DNA from: an uncultured Bacilli bacterium
GTDB taxonomy: Bacteria > Bacillota_I > Bacilli_A > RF39 > UBA660
Assembly (NCBI GenBank): GCA_910588195.1
Contig: CAJUPN010000004.1
Coordinates: 88,290 to 152,289, forward strand
Direction: 5' to 3'
DNA: 64,000 nucleotides
Positions 9,585 to 19,567 of this stretch are shown piece after piece. The notes beneath the pieces were generated by a model. The model made no database searches and was not told where the DNA came from. It saw nothing but the letters and a program-made list of their open reading frames with translations. Position numbers and translations under genes: made by a program. The number at the start of each line of letters is the position of its first letter. Position 1 is the stretch's first letter.

Positions 9585-11156
9585 GTGAACGATAAAAAGT
9601 ATGCTATATATTCTCGTAAATCGAAATATACAGGGAAAGGAGAAAGCACAACTAATCAAATAGAACTATGTCTAACAACCCTAAAAAACAAATTTCCAGA
9701 CATAAAAAAAGATGAAATATTAATCTATGAAGATGAAGGATTTTCAGGTTATAGCACCAATCGTCCTGCTTTTAAAAAGCTTTTAAAAGACATTGAAAAT
9801 AATAAAATAAAAATTCTCCTTTTTTATAAACTTGATCGAATAAGCAGAAACGTTAATGACTTCGCAAGATTAATGTCTCTCCTAGAAGCTCACGATGTTT
9901 CATTTCTATCAGCTACAGAAAATATTGAAACACTAACACCTAGTGGCAAAGCACTAACTTATATGATATCTGTTTTTGCTGAACTAGAAAGAAATACCAT
10001 AGCAGAAAGAATAAAAGATAATATGCTTGAACTTGCTAAATCAGGTGTTTGGCTTGGTGGAAATACTCCCACTGGTTATAGCTCAGTTGAAGAAATAAAA
10101 TTAATTAATAATAAAAAGAAAAAAACTTATTGTCTAAAAGAAAATGAGGATATCGAAAAAGTAGAACTAATCTTTAAAAACTATCTAAGACTTAAATCTT
10201 TAACAAAATTAGAGACATTCCTTTTAAATAAAAATATATTATCTATTAATTTAAAACCATACACTCGTTTTTCTTTAAAAAATATATTAACTAACCCTGT
10301 TTATGTAAAAAGTGATAAAGATATCTACAATTACTATGAGAATAAAGGAATAAATTTATATGGGGGTTCTTGGAATGGAATTAATGGCTTAATGGTTTAT
10401 AATAAAACAACTAATTTAAATCATAAAATATTAAAAAGAAAGAAAACAGAAGAATGGATTATAAGTGTCGGTAAACATAAAGGAATAATTGATGGGAAGA
10501 CATTTATAAATGTTGCAAATTTAATTGAAGCTAATAACAACATGCGATATCGTAAAACAAATTCTTTAAGAAGTCCCCTGTCAGGACTCGTAAAATGTGC
10601 TAATTGTAAATCTAACATGCGACCTAAAATAAGAAAGAATAAAGACAATGAAATCATCACTGACTATTTATGTGAATTAAAAGAAAAAAGCAAGAAGAAT
10701 TTATGTGATGCCAAAAACATAAATGGTTCAATCATTGAAGATACAATAATAAGTAATATAATGAACTTTGAAATAAATATGACTATTTTATTCAACAAAT
10801 TAAAAAAGACTCTCAAAACTGATAAAAATAGTGAAATAAAAGAAATTTCCTATAGAATAAAGAAAAATAATGAAACAATAAAAAATTTAATTGATAAAAT
10901 AAAATATATTGATATATCAATAATAGATGACATAAATAAAGAAATAAAAGAATTAAAAGAAGAAAATGCTATGTTAAACTCTAGATTAAATAAATTAAAT
11001 GCTAATTCTATAGATTTAAAAGACCTAGCCAATAAAACTATAAAGAATTATAAAAATATTAACAATTTAGATAATAAAACAAAGAAAAAATACTTACATT
11101 TATTAATAAAAGAAATCATAGCTTCAAATAATAAACTTATTATTAATTATAAATAA
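9585..11156 (+). CDS. Large serine recombinase (SpoIVCA-like) predicted to excise the sigK intervening element
   Basis: 523 aa. Resolvase catalytic domain (YSRKS...LDRISRN), recombinase domain, a Cys zinc ribbon (CANCKSN...C...C) and a C-terminal coiled coil. Sits inside the sigK-splitting element and ends 24 bp before the 3' sigK core. Confidence 0.9.
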   Translation: MNDKKYAIYSRKSKYTGKGESTTNQIELCLTTLKNKFPDIKKDEILIYEDEGFSGYSTNRPAFKKLLKDIENNKIKILLFYKLDRISRNVNDFARLMSLLEAHDVSFLSATENIETLTPSGKALTYMISVFAELERNTIAERIKDNMLELAKSGVWLGGNTPTGYSSVEEIKLINNKKKKTYCLKENEDIEKVELIFKNYLRLKSLTKLETFLLNKNILSINLKPYTRFSLKNILTNPVYVKSDKDIYNYYENKGINLYGGSWNGINGLMVYNKTTNLNHKILKRKKTEEWIISVGKHKGIIDGKTFINVANLIEANNNMRYRKTNSLRSPLSGLVKCANCKSNMRPKIRKNKDNEIITDYLCELKEKSKKNLCDAKNINGSIIEDTIISNIMNFEINMTILFNKLKKTLKTDKNSEIKEISYRIKKNNETIKNLIDKIKYIDISIIDDINKEIKELKEENAMLNSRLNKLNANSIDLKDLANKTIKNYKNINNLDNKTKKKYLHLLIKEIIASNNKLIINYK

Positions 11157-11179
11157 ACTTTCCAACAAGTTAGTATAGC

Positions 11180-11552
11180 AAATGAAATATTGATGTACTT
11201 TAGAAGTAATAAGAAAAACAACAATAATGTTTCTTTAAATGATTCAATTGGTTATGATAAAGATGGCAATGAAATAAATCTTATTGATGTCATCAAATCC
11301 AATAATACTGAATTAACAGAATTTCTTCACAATAAAGATAATTTAGACAAATTAAATAAATATTTAAGTGTTCTAAACGAAAGAGAAAAAGAAATAATTA
11401 TAAAAAGATACGGTCTTTTTGATAATGATGAATTTACTCAAAAAGAAATATCAGAATATTTAAATATTTCAAGATCCTATGTTTCAAGAATTGAAAAAAG
11501 AGCTATAACTAAGCTCTTCCGAGAATTTAAACGTGACGGTGGAGAATTTTAA
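11180..11552 (+). CDS. sigK: sigK 3' segment (spoIIIC-like): regions 3-4 of sigma-K
   Basis: Encodes ...ILMYFRSNKK...VSLNDSIGYDKDGNEINLIDVIKS...ISRSYVSRIEKRAITKLFREF, which matches the B. subtilis SigK C-terminal half. The frame is open back to the AAATG core. Confidence 0.85.
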
Positions 11553-11788
11553 TCATCCAAAGGAGCAAAAAATTCTCTTATATCACATTTTAATACTTTA
11601 GCAAATCTCCATAAAGTTCCTATAGAAAAAGTTTGAGTATATTTACTACTTTCAATATTCATTATAAATCCAACTGAATATGTAGATTCCTCTACAAGTT
11701 TGTCTTGTGTAAAACCTTTACTCTTTCTAATTCTTTTAAGGTTTTGGCCAATTAAATAATAAACATATATCTCATCTTCTTTATTCAA
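11549..11788 (-). CDS. XRE-family helix-turn-helix transcriptional regulator
   Basis: 79 aa. Cro/C1-type HTH (LKRIRKSKGFTQDKLVEES...). Confidence 0.55.
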   Translation of the reverse strand: MNKEDEIYVYYLIGQNLKRIRKSKGFTQDKLVEESTYSVGFIMNIESSKYTQTFSIGTLWRFAKVLKCDIREFFAPLDD

Positions 11789-11936
11789 TTTACCACCACC
11801 AATACTACATAAGTTAATTATTCCATAAATTATAGAAAATATACCTCAGTCATTCAGTGAAAAATGATAAATTTAGAGATTAAAAAACCAGTTGAATATA
11901 AATTCAATTGGTTTTTAGTTATATTAAATTTAAATT

Positions 11937-12365
11937 TTAAGACTTAATAACTTCATACTCAACAGTTTTAACTTTTGACAAATCAGCATCTGTTAAAGCC
12001 TCAATATGCTTTTTTTCGCCACTTTTTAAAGTAGAACCAACATACCCAAGCAATTTAACTATTTCATTATTTTGATCATCTTTAAAAATAATATTAATAT
12101 ACGAAATATTTATATCATCTTTTGCATTTATTTCTGCTTCATACTTCATTAAACTATCTTCTTCTTTAATATTTATTGATGAAATAATAACATTATCAAT
12201 TTCTACATTCTTTAGTTCATAGCCATAAAAAACATTTAAAGTATTTGTAGAAAATGTTACTTTAAAAAGTATTGTTGACAAAGAGACTAATACAAAAGCA
12301 AATACTCCTATACCAATAGCTTTTTGTTTAAAATTTAATTCTTTAATTCTATTTAGTAAATTCAT
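11937..12365 (-). CDS. Small membrane-anchored protein, co-oriented with and abutting the giant surface protein gene
   Basis: 142 aa. N-terminal TM helix followed by a predicted beta-rich domain. Start lies 3 bp after the upstream gene's stop. Confidence 0.4.
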   Translation of the reverse strand: MNLLNRIKELNFKQKAIGIGVFAFVLVSLSTILFKVTFSTNTLNVFYGYELKNVEIDNVIISSINIKEEDSLMKYEAEINAKDDINISYINIIFKDDQNNEIVKLLGYVGSTLKSGEKKHIEALTDADLSKVKTVEYEVIKS

Positions 12366-12367
12366 AG

Positions 12368-15300
12368 TTAATCTACCTCCATTGAAGTTATTTCTTCTTT
12401 TTTCTTTATAATAATTTGTTTACTTTCAGATCCACAAACTAATTTATATGAACCAGTCTCTAAATCCTTTATATTTTTATAATATCTATCATCTATTAAG
12501 CATTCAGTCGGTATTAAATAGTCATCACCTTGGTAAAATTCTAAAATACTAGACTCTTTTTCTGAAATAATTTTAGTAACTGTTAAACTTGCTACTGATA
12601 ATATATTATCTGAAGATCTAGTTCTAGCAATTATAGTTAAATTTTTGTCTATTTTAATAGGTTCTTTATAAAGTATCCAAGTTTGTCCTAAATCTAAACT
12701 ATATTCATTAATAAATCCTGATGGATAATCAATGGTTATCTCTTTAGTTGAAGATAATTCAAAAGAATCCATATGGAACTTTGGTGCTTGAACAGTGTTT
12801 ACATCAATAAGTTCACTGTAACCCATACTGGTTGGTTGAAGTGCAATTTGAGTAACTGTGACTGTTCCATTTCCAGCTGAACAATCACCATAAACACAAG
12901 CATTCTCATATTCAGATCCACCTTTTACACTTATAACACCAAGTTGATCTATTCCAGTATTTTGGTTAGTAAATATATTAATACTTCCTCCACCAGAACC
13001 TCCACCTCCTGATGTTCCATATCCACCTCTTGCTCCATTAGCTGTTAGCTTTCCATTGTTTTTGTATTCATTTGCATATAAAACTAGAAGTCCTCCCGTT
13101 CCATTACTTCCATATCTTATCTTATCTTGACCAGGTGTTCCTCCTCCAGGATTTCCGGCTCCTCCACCCCATCCTTGATATCCTCCGCCACCTTGGCCTC
13201 CAATATCTGATGCTGGTGGATTTGCCTTGTATGAACCTCCTGATCCTCCAGAATATGATGTTCCTTTTCCTCCTTGACTGGTATTTAGACTTGCTGTTCC
13301 TCCAGCTCCGCCTCCTCCAGTCTGTCGTCCAATTCCATCCATTCCTTTTGTTTTTGATGTTGTTTCTGATGAACCTCCTTCAGCTCCTAATGCTGGTACA
13401 TATTCATATGTTCCATCTGCATTCTTCCACAAGTATACATCTTGTCCTTCAGCTTTGGCTCCATGGGAATTATCTATTGTTCCATTATTCTCTAACTTCC
13501 CAGTTACATACATTGTAAATCCTTTTGGTCCTCCATATAATTCATCATAATATGGTCTTACTGTTACTCCTTCTTCTATTGTTACATTTCCCTTGACCTT
13601 TACCACTACCATGTTTCGTGCATTATCATTCTTTGTTGCTACATCTCCTGCATCTCCAAATATTTGATCACTACTCCATCTTTGGTCTCCTTCTATTACA
13701 TACATATGCACTGGGTATTCTTCATTATTTACTTTGAAGAACCAATACCCACTTCTTATATCTTCATTAATAATTGATAAAATACTATCTCCTGTTTTAG
13801 TTACAGAATTTTTGTATGCTTCTTTGTCCTGTTCAATTATCTCTTTTAAATCATAATAAGTTCCGTTTCGAACCTCTCCAATATTTATTGTTCCATCTCC
13901 TGCGGAACAATCACCATATGGGCACATATTATCATACTCTGGACCACCAATAGTTTTTGAAATACCTAGAATTTCATTATACCTAGTATTAGTTATAACA
14001 CCAAGTTGATCTATTCCAGTATTTTGGTTAGTAAATATATTAATACTTCCTCCACCAGAACCTCCACCTCCTGATGTTCCATATCCACCTCTTGCTCCAT
14101 TAGCTGTTAGCTTTCCATTGTTTTTGTATTCATTTGCATATAAAACTAGAAGTCCTCCCGTTCCATTACTTCCATATCTTATCTTATCTTGACCAGGTGT
14201 TCCTCCTCCAGGATTTCCGGCTCCTCCACCCCATCCTTGATATCCTCCGCCACCTTGGCCTCCAATATCTGATGCTGGTGGATTTGCCTTGTATGAACCT
14301 CCTGATCCTCCAGAATATGATGTTCCTTTTCCTCCTTGACTGGTATTTAGACTTGCTGTTCCTCCAGCTCCGCCTCCTCCAGTCTGTCGTCCAATTCCAT
14401 CCATTCCTTTTGTTTTTGATGTTGTTTCTGATGAACCTCCTTCAGCTCCTAATGCTGGTACATATTCATATGTTCCATCTGCATTCTTCCACAAGTATAC
14501 ATCTTGTCCTTCAGCTTTGGCTCCATGGGAATTATCTATTGTTCCATTATTCTCTAACTTCCCAGTTACATACATTGTAAATCCTTTTGGTCCTCCATAT
14601 AATTCATCATAATATGGTCTTACTGTTACTCCTTCTTCTATTGTTACATTTCCCTTGACCTTTACCACTACCATGTTTCGTGCATTATCATTCTTTGTTG
14701 CTACATCTCCTGCATCTCCAAATATTTGATCACTACTCCATCTTTGATCTCCTTCTATTACATACATATGCACTGGGTAAATAACGCTGGTGCCCAACAC
14801 TTCAAAATCATAATAACCTGATTTTAAATCTTTTGTTTCTATTATGTCTAATATACTATTACCTTTTACTGTTATATTTGTTACTTTAATATCCTTACTT
14901 ACCTGTGCAGTTAGCCCAGCACCTGTTGTTATTTCACAAGTCAAAGTATATTCTCCTACTGGTAAACTACTTGAATTTGTATACTCTACATCACTATTAG
15001 GAACTTTGCAGACCCTATTTGATCCACTTATTCCATCAGTATAACTAGTTGGTATTACATATTCTAGATCTTTAGAAAAAATACTAGGTAAACCATCTAA
15101 ACTAATAGTTGGAATTGTTTTATCAATTTTTGAAACCGTAAACGAAGCAGCAACCTTTATGTTATCACCGTCAACAACTCTTGCAACAACAATTGTATTA
15201 TTTTCAGTTATCTTTAATGGTTGTTCATATAATTCCCAAGACTCGCCTAAATCTAAACTATATTGATAACTATAGCCATTATAAACATCTCTTGGATAAC

Positions 15301-18300
15301 TAATAGTTAATTCTTTTTCCGTTGCCCATCCTTCATTATCTAATATATATGAAATATCTCCGATATCAGTTGTAGTAACACTTAACTGATAAGCATCTGA
15401 TATGTTGCCAGCTTTATCGGTTACTTTTATATAAACTTGATATTCTTTATTATTTTTTAATTTATTAAAAGTATATACATTATTTTTAGAAGTTATATAT
15501 TCTTCCCCATCTAAAGAATACATATAAGTATCTACTTTACTACTTTGATCTTCTGCTAAAACTTCTATAGTAAAATTACTCGACCCTTTTTCTAAAATAT
15601 TTACATCTATTATTTCTGGTTTTATCACATCAATATTAGTAATTCTTTTACTAGCTATTTCACTTTGAATTTCTACATCATTAATAGATTTAGCATATAT
15701 CGTAGCATCTTCTTTAGAAATCTTAATTGGATTTTTATAATCTAGCCAATCAGTTTCTTCTCCATCACTGTAAATAATTTTATAAAGTTTTTCTACACTT
15801 ACCTTATCATAATTAATTGCAACAGTAACTTCTTTTGTCCATTCCTCTGTTGATAAAATAAATGTTGGTGTATTAGGTTTTGCTAAATCCCATCTCATAA
15901 ATATATTTTCAGATAATTCTGATAAAGGCACATCTAAAACATAATAATCATCTTTTATAATTATTTCTTTGCCATTTTCATCTTTTATTTTTACTCCATC
16001 AGATCCAATAACTTTATCTTTGTATTCTGGTCTAATTAAGACAATCCCATGGGGGTTATATTTTTTCCATTCACCATCTTTTTTCCATTTATACTCACGA
16101 TCACTTGGATTAGACATAGTCGGATAATTTAGTTTTATTAAATAATACATTCCATTATCTAAAATCGTTAAATTATCTTTTGGTATTATATTATCTACTA
16201 ATATCTCACTTTCTCCATAATGTCCTAACGAATCTTCATTATAGGCACTTATTCTTGTATTATTAGTAATTAACTCAATTGGACCAAAATAATCAAGCCA
16301 CTCACCATCATCAAGTTTATATTTTTTTATACTTGCAGTATTAGCATATTCAATTTCAACTCTAACCCATGGGGATGGTGTTGTTGGATTTATTCTAATT
16401 AAAGGATTAGAGATACCAGTTGTTAAATAATTAACTTGCTTACTAGTTTCACCTAAACCTTTTGTATTTAAAGCATAAGCATAAACGGTTGTATTCTCAT
16501 TTATTTCAAATGGTCCATTATATTCTCTTAAGTCTCCATTCCCAATTCTATAGTATCTTCCTGTTGCTCTTTCATCATATAAAATACTAACCTCTAACTT
16601 ATCAATTAGACCTTGAACTTCATTTTCTTCTGGCGATAAAGTAATTGCTACATCTAATTTTTCTAAAGGAATTGGAGCAATTGAAGTTGTAATATTTAAT
16701 TTTTCAATTGTTATCCCATTTTTATTAGTACCCTTTGCATAAATACTTTTACTTTGATTTATTTGGATTGGTCGTTCATATCTAAAATACTCTATTCCAT
16801 TAAAAGAATATTCTAAAGTATCATAGTCACTTCCACTTATAGTAACTATTACAGAATCAATATCTTCATTCAAATAAATACTTGGACTAGCATCTATTTT
16901 TACATAAGGTTTATTGGGTTGTTTAATATTTTGAACATAATAATAAGTTACTTCTGATTTCTTATCATTCTTATTTATATAGTAAGATCTTATAATTGAG
17001 TTTTTTAAAACTTCAAAGGTATTAACATATTCCTGATAAGATCCACCATCTACACTGTAGTAAATATTTTTTGCTTCTTCCTTTGTTTTAATATCTACTG
17101 TTACCTTCTCAGTTAGAGTAGTTGGCGAAACAGATATTACTGGTCCTTCTAATCTATCAGATAAAGATACTGCTTCTATATATTTTACATCATAAGCATA
17201 TTTTCCTTTATATTCTGCTTTAGCATATATGAATGTGTTAGCACTAACTTCAAACGAATTTGTATACAAAGTATAATTTTTATTGTCTAAACTATAATAT
17301 ATTTTTGAATTAGCTTCATTACTTACTATACTTATAGTCGCTTTTTGCCCTTTTAAAAGTCGATTATGAGATGAATTAATATTTACATGCAAGTAATTTT
17401 CATCTGGATTATCTCCTCCTTCTGGATTGCCTTCACCACTTTTAAAAATTGTCTTTTGTGATCTACCAACAGCCTTTCCTGTTCTTTTTACTCCATTATC
17501 TAAATCAATTGTTCTCTCACTTTCAGCATAAGCATATACAGTTGAGTTAGCACTCACTACAAATGAACCGGTATAATCAAGCCATGCAGAATCATCAACT
17601 TTATACATTCTAACTATAGCATCATCTTCATAATCAATGCTTACATTAGTTTTTTCATTTAAATATTCTTTATCTGGATTAATATCTATCCTAACACTAC
17701 CAAAATTAAGTGAACTTTCACCCTTTTCACTTATGTAAAGAGCATCTTCACCAACTAATGTTTTTTGCATTATAACATTTCCTTCAGCATCATAAACATT
17801 TTCTTCTTTAGTTGCCCTAGCTTCAATTAAAGTATCAGCACCAACACTAAATTCTTTTTCGTACTGAATCCAATTTCCACCATTTATACGATATTCCTTA
17901 GTTTTAGCATTTTTATCATAAGTTATTTTTACATTAGTTATTTCTTCACCACTTAAAGTCATCTTGTCAGCTGATATATCAACTAAGACTTTGCCATTAG
18001 GAACATCTATTACTTTTTCTCCATCAAGATCATAACGTATATAAATATTACCTATATCACTAACCTTAACTAAAATTGGTCCAGTATAACTTTCCCAATC
18101 ATCATCTTCGCCACGGATTTCACCTTCTCTATGTAATCTCCACTCACGATTAGTTGAACCAACTGGATAATAAATATTTAATCTTATCCATCCATCCCAT
18201 TCTTCATCTTCACCATTTGGAACAATAACTTTTATATCCTTACTTACCTCAGCATAAGTTCCTGTATTAGATATAGCCTTACAACTAACCGTATATTCTC

Positions 18301-19567
18301 CTACAGCAAAATCCTCAGTTGATGAAACATTTTTACTCCAATCATGATCTAAAGCACATGAATAATTACCACCTGATGGACCAAATTCAACATGACTTGG
18401 AAGTTGATATTTTTCACCATATTCAAAAACTGCTGGTAAATCTATTAAATCAATTTTTGGTATTTCTAATTCTGGTTTAATAGGTTTTGTTGTATTAGTT
18501 GGTTTAACTGTTATTGTCTGCTCAGTAGAACTAACTGGCTTTGTTGTTGTAGACTTATCACCAGAGGAAGTTGTTGTCGTTTTAATAGGTTTTGTTGTAT
18601 TATTCTCTTCATCTAAATTTCCTGTTGGCTTAGTTTTATCTGGATTTGAATCTGGATAAACAGTCGTCCCATTGTTATAATTCGGATTATCTATCTCACT
18701 CTTATTAGTTGTATTTTCCGTATTTGAATTATCATTATTATCTTCAGAATTTGATACCCCATTATTAAAATTAGAAGTTCTTTCTGTAAATGTAACTTCA
18801 TAACTATTTAAAGCATTATCAAAAACCTTTATTGTTATCGTATATTCTGTATTTTCTTCTAAATTCTTTATAACAAAATTATTCTTTACTTCAACATACT
18901 CTTTATTGCCTATTTTATAATAATAATTTTTTATTCCCGAATCTTTGTCCCTTGCTTTAACATTTATATTAAAAGAATTAGCTGTAACACTTTTAGTAAT
19001 TGAATCAATAATTGGTGAAATATTATCAATAAGTACTTCTTCTTTGTTCGAAATAAATGAATATTTTCCATTTTTATATTTACCCTTAAAGAAAACATTC
19101 CATTTGCCTGTTTCCGCTATTTCTATACTCTTTTCTTGAGTTTCTTTCCAATCACATTTCTTACTAGATTTATTCTCAGTTACACAGTACATATAACTTT
19201 CTAACTCACTTACATCCACATCTTTTTTTACATATACTATATTACTCTTTACCCATCCATCTTCTTTACTTTCAATCAATGGACGATTATTTGTTATTAT
19301 TGATGATATACCAATATTTATAAACATCAAAAGAATCAACACTATAAAAAACAAAAGGAAAGGAAATAACCATAATTTAGAAACATAAACAGTTACTTCA
19401 TCACTGTTTTTTATCTCGCTTCCCTCTTCTGGTTCAGTTCTAATAACTCTTCCTCTTCTAATAAATAAACTAAATTCTTTTTCTTCTTTATAGTTTATCT
19501 TCTCTTTATCTAAAATCTCTTTTGCATCTTCAAATTTTTCTTTTTTTAAAACAGGTACTATTTTCAT
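12368..19567 (-). CDS. Giant (2399 aa) membrane-anchored surface protein with N-terminal PASTA-like domain, TM helix, FN3-like and chitobiase/hexosaminidase C-terminal-like repeats, and duplicated Gly-rich beta-helix-like modules
   Basis: Single uninterrupted frame with an AGGAG RBS. One TM helix at about residues 65-90. Many ...IYYSxDG...Y-type repeat domains. Two glycine-rich modules (GGGGAGGTASLNTSQGGKGTSYSGGSGG...). Confidence 0.8.
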   Translation of the reverse strand: MKIVPVLKKEKFEDAKEILDKEKINYKEEKEFSLFIRRGRVIRTEPEEGSEIKNSDEVTVYVSKLWLFPFLLFFIVLILLMFINIGISSIITNNRPLIESKEDGWVKSNIVYVKKDVDVSELESYMYCVTENKSSKKCDWKETQEKSIEIAETGKWNVFFKGKYKNGKYSFISNKEEVLIDNISPIIDSITKSVTANSFNINVKARDKDSGIKNYYYKIGNKEYVEVKNNFVIKNLEENTEYTITIKVFDNALNSYEVTFTERTSNFNNGVSNSEDNNDNSNTENTTNKSEIDNPNYNNGTTVYPDSNPDKTKPTGNLDEENNTTKPIKTTTTSSGDKSTTTKPVSSTEQTITVKPTNTTKPIKPELEIPKIDLIDLPAVFEYGEKYQLPSHVEFGPSGGNYSCALDHDWSKNVSSTEDFAVGEYTVSCKAISNTGTYAEVSKDIKVIVPNGEDEEWDGWIRLNIYYPVGSTNREWRLHREGEIRGEDDDWESYTGPILVKVSDIGNIYIRYDLDGEKVIDVPNGKVLVDISADKMTLSGEEITNVKITYDKNAKTKEYRINGGNWIQYEKEFSVGADTLIEARATKEENVYDAEGNVIMQKTLVGEDALYISEKGESSLNFGSVRIDINPDKEYLNEKTNVSIDYEDDAIVRMYKVDDSAWLDYTGSFVVSANSTVYAYAESERTIDLDNGVKRTGKAVGRSQKTIFKSGEGNPEGGDNPDENYLHVNINSSHNRLLKGQKATISIVSNEANSKIYYSLDNKNYTLYTNSFEVSANTFIYAKAEYKGKYAYDVKYIEAVSLSDRLEGPVISVSPTTLTEKVTVDIKTKEEAKNIYYSVDGGSYQEYVNTFEVLKNSIIRSYYINKNDKKSEVTYYYVQNIKQPNKPYVKIDASPSIYLNEDIDSVIVTISGSDYDTLEYSFNGIEYFRYERPIQINQSKSIYAKGTNKNGITIEKLNITTSIAPIPLEKLDVAITLSPEENEVQGLIDKLEVSILYDERATGRYYRIGNGDLREYNGPFEINENTTVYAYALNTKGLGETSKQVNYLTTGISNPLIRINPTTPSPWVRVEIEYANTASIKKYKLDDGEWLDYFGPIELITNNTRISAYNEDSLGHYGESEILVDNIIPKDNLTILDNGMYYLIKLNYPTMSNPSDREYKWKKDGEWKKYNPHGIVLIRPEYKDKVIGSDGVKIKDENGKEIIIKDDYYVLDVPLSELSENIFMRWDLAKPNTPTFILSTEEWTKEVTVAINYDKVSVEKLYKIIYSDGEETDWLDYKNPIKISKEDATIYAKSINDVEIQSEIASKRITNIDVIKPEIIDVNILEKGSSNFTIEVLAEDQSSKVDTYMYSLDGEEYITSKNNVYTFNKLKNNKEYQVYIKVTDKAGNISDAYQLSVTTTDIGDISYILDNEGWATEKELTISYPRDVYNGYSYQYSLDLGESWELYEQPLKITENNTIVVARVVDGDNIKVAASFTVSKIDKTIPTISLDGLPSIFSKDLEYVIPTSYTDGISGSNRVCKVPNSDVEYTNSSSLPVGEYTLTCEITTGAGLTAQVSKDIKVTNITVKGNSILDIIETKDLKSGYYDFEVLGTSVIYPVHMYVIEGDQRWSSDQIFGDAGDVATKNDNARNMVVVKVKGNVTIEEGVTVRPYYDELYGGPKGFTMYVTGKLENNGTIDNSHGAKAEGQDVYLWKNADGTYEYVPALGAEGGSSETTSKTKGMDGIGRQTGGGGAGGTASLNTSQGGKGTSYSGGSGGSYKANPPASDIGGQGGGGYQGWGGGAGNPGGGTPGQDKIRYGSNGTGGLLVLYANEYKNNGKLTANGARGGYGTSGGGGSGGGSINIFTNQNTGIDQLGVITNTRYNEILGISKTIGGPEYDNMCPYGDCSAGDGTINIGEVRNGTYYDLKEIIEQDKEAYKNSVTKTGDSILSIINEDIRSGYWFFKVNNEEYPVHMYVIEGDQRWSSDQIFGDAGDVATKNDNARNMVVVKVKGNVTIEEGVTVRPYYDELYGGPKGFTMYVTGKLENNGTIDNSHGAKAEGQDVYLWKNADGTYEYVPALGAEGGSSETTSKTKGMDGIGRQTGGGGAGGTASLNTSQGGKGTSYSGGSGGSYKANPPASDIGGQGGGGYQGWGGGAGNPGGGTPGQDKIRYGSNGTGGLLVLYANEYKNNGKLTANGARGGYGTSGGGGSGGGSINIFTNQNTGIDQLGVISVKGGSEYENACVYGDCSAGNGTVTVTQIALQPTSMGYSELIDVNTVQAPKFHMDSFELSSTKEITIDYPSGFINEYSLDLGQTWILYKEPIKIDKNLTIIARTRSSDNILSVASLTVTKIISEKESSILEFYQGDDYLIPTECLIDDRYYKNIKDLETGSYKLVCGSESKQIIIKKKEEITSMEVD
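12931..13717. repeat. 787-bp direct repeat, copy 1, inside the giant surface protein gene (encodes the C-proximal Gly-rich module)
   Basis: Essentially identical to 13993..14779 (offset 1062 bp, one mismatch seen). Produces identical antisense ORFs at 13072..13518 and 14134..14580. Confidence 0.9.
13993..14779. repeat. 787-bp direct repeat, copy 2, inside the giant surface protein gene
   Basis: Same as above. Separated from copy 1 by about 275 bp of unique sequence. Confidence 0.9.

Larger units (their letters stand above)
7400..11184. mobile_element. skin-like sigK intervening element, about 3.8 kb, with a large serine recombinase and a SleB-domain cargo gene
   Basis: Lies between the two sigK halves. 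AAATG core present at both ends (7395-7399 and 11180-11184). Imperfect inverted repeats ending in TGTTGG flank the cores. Carries a SpoIVCA-like recombinase. Confidence 0.8.

Noticed and set aside
9474-11032. Small minus-strand ORFs 9474..9659, 10421..10660 and 10850..11032
   Set aside because: They lie antisense to, or overlap, the serine recombinase gene. Hydrophobic low-complexity translations typical of AT-rich antisense frames.
13072-13518. 148-aa plus-strand ORF (and its identical twin at 14134..14580)
   Set aside because: Antisense to the Gly-rich repeat of the giant minus-strand gene. Low-complexity L/H/F-rich translation with no RBS. The duplicate exists only because the underlying DNA is duplicated.
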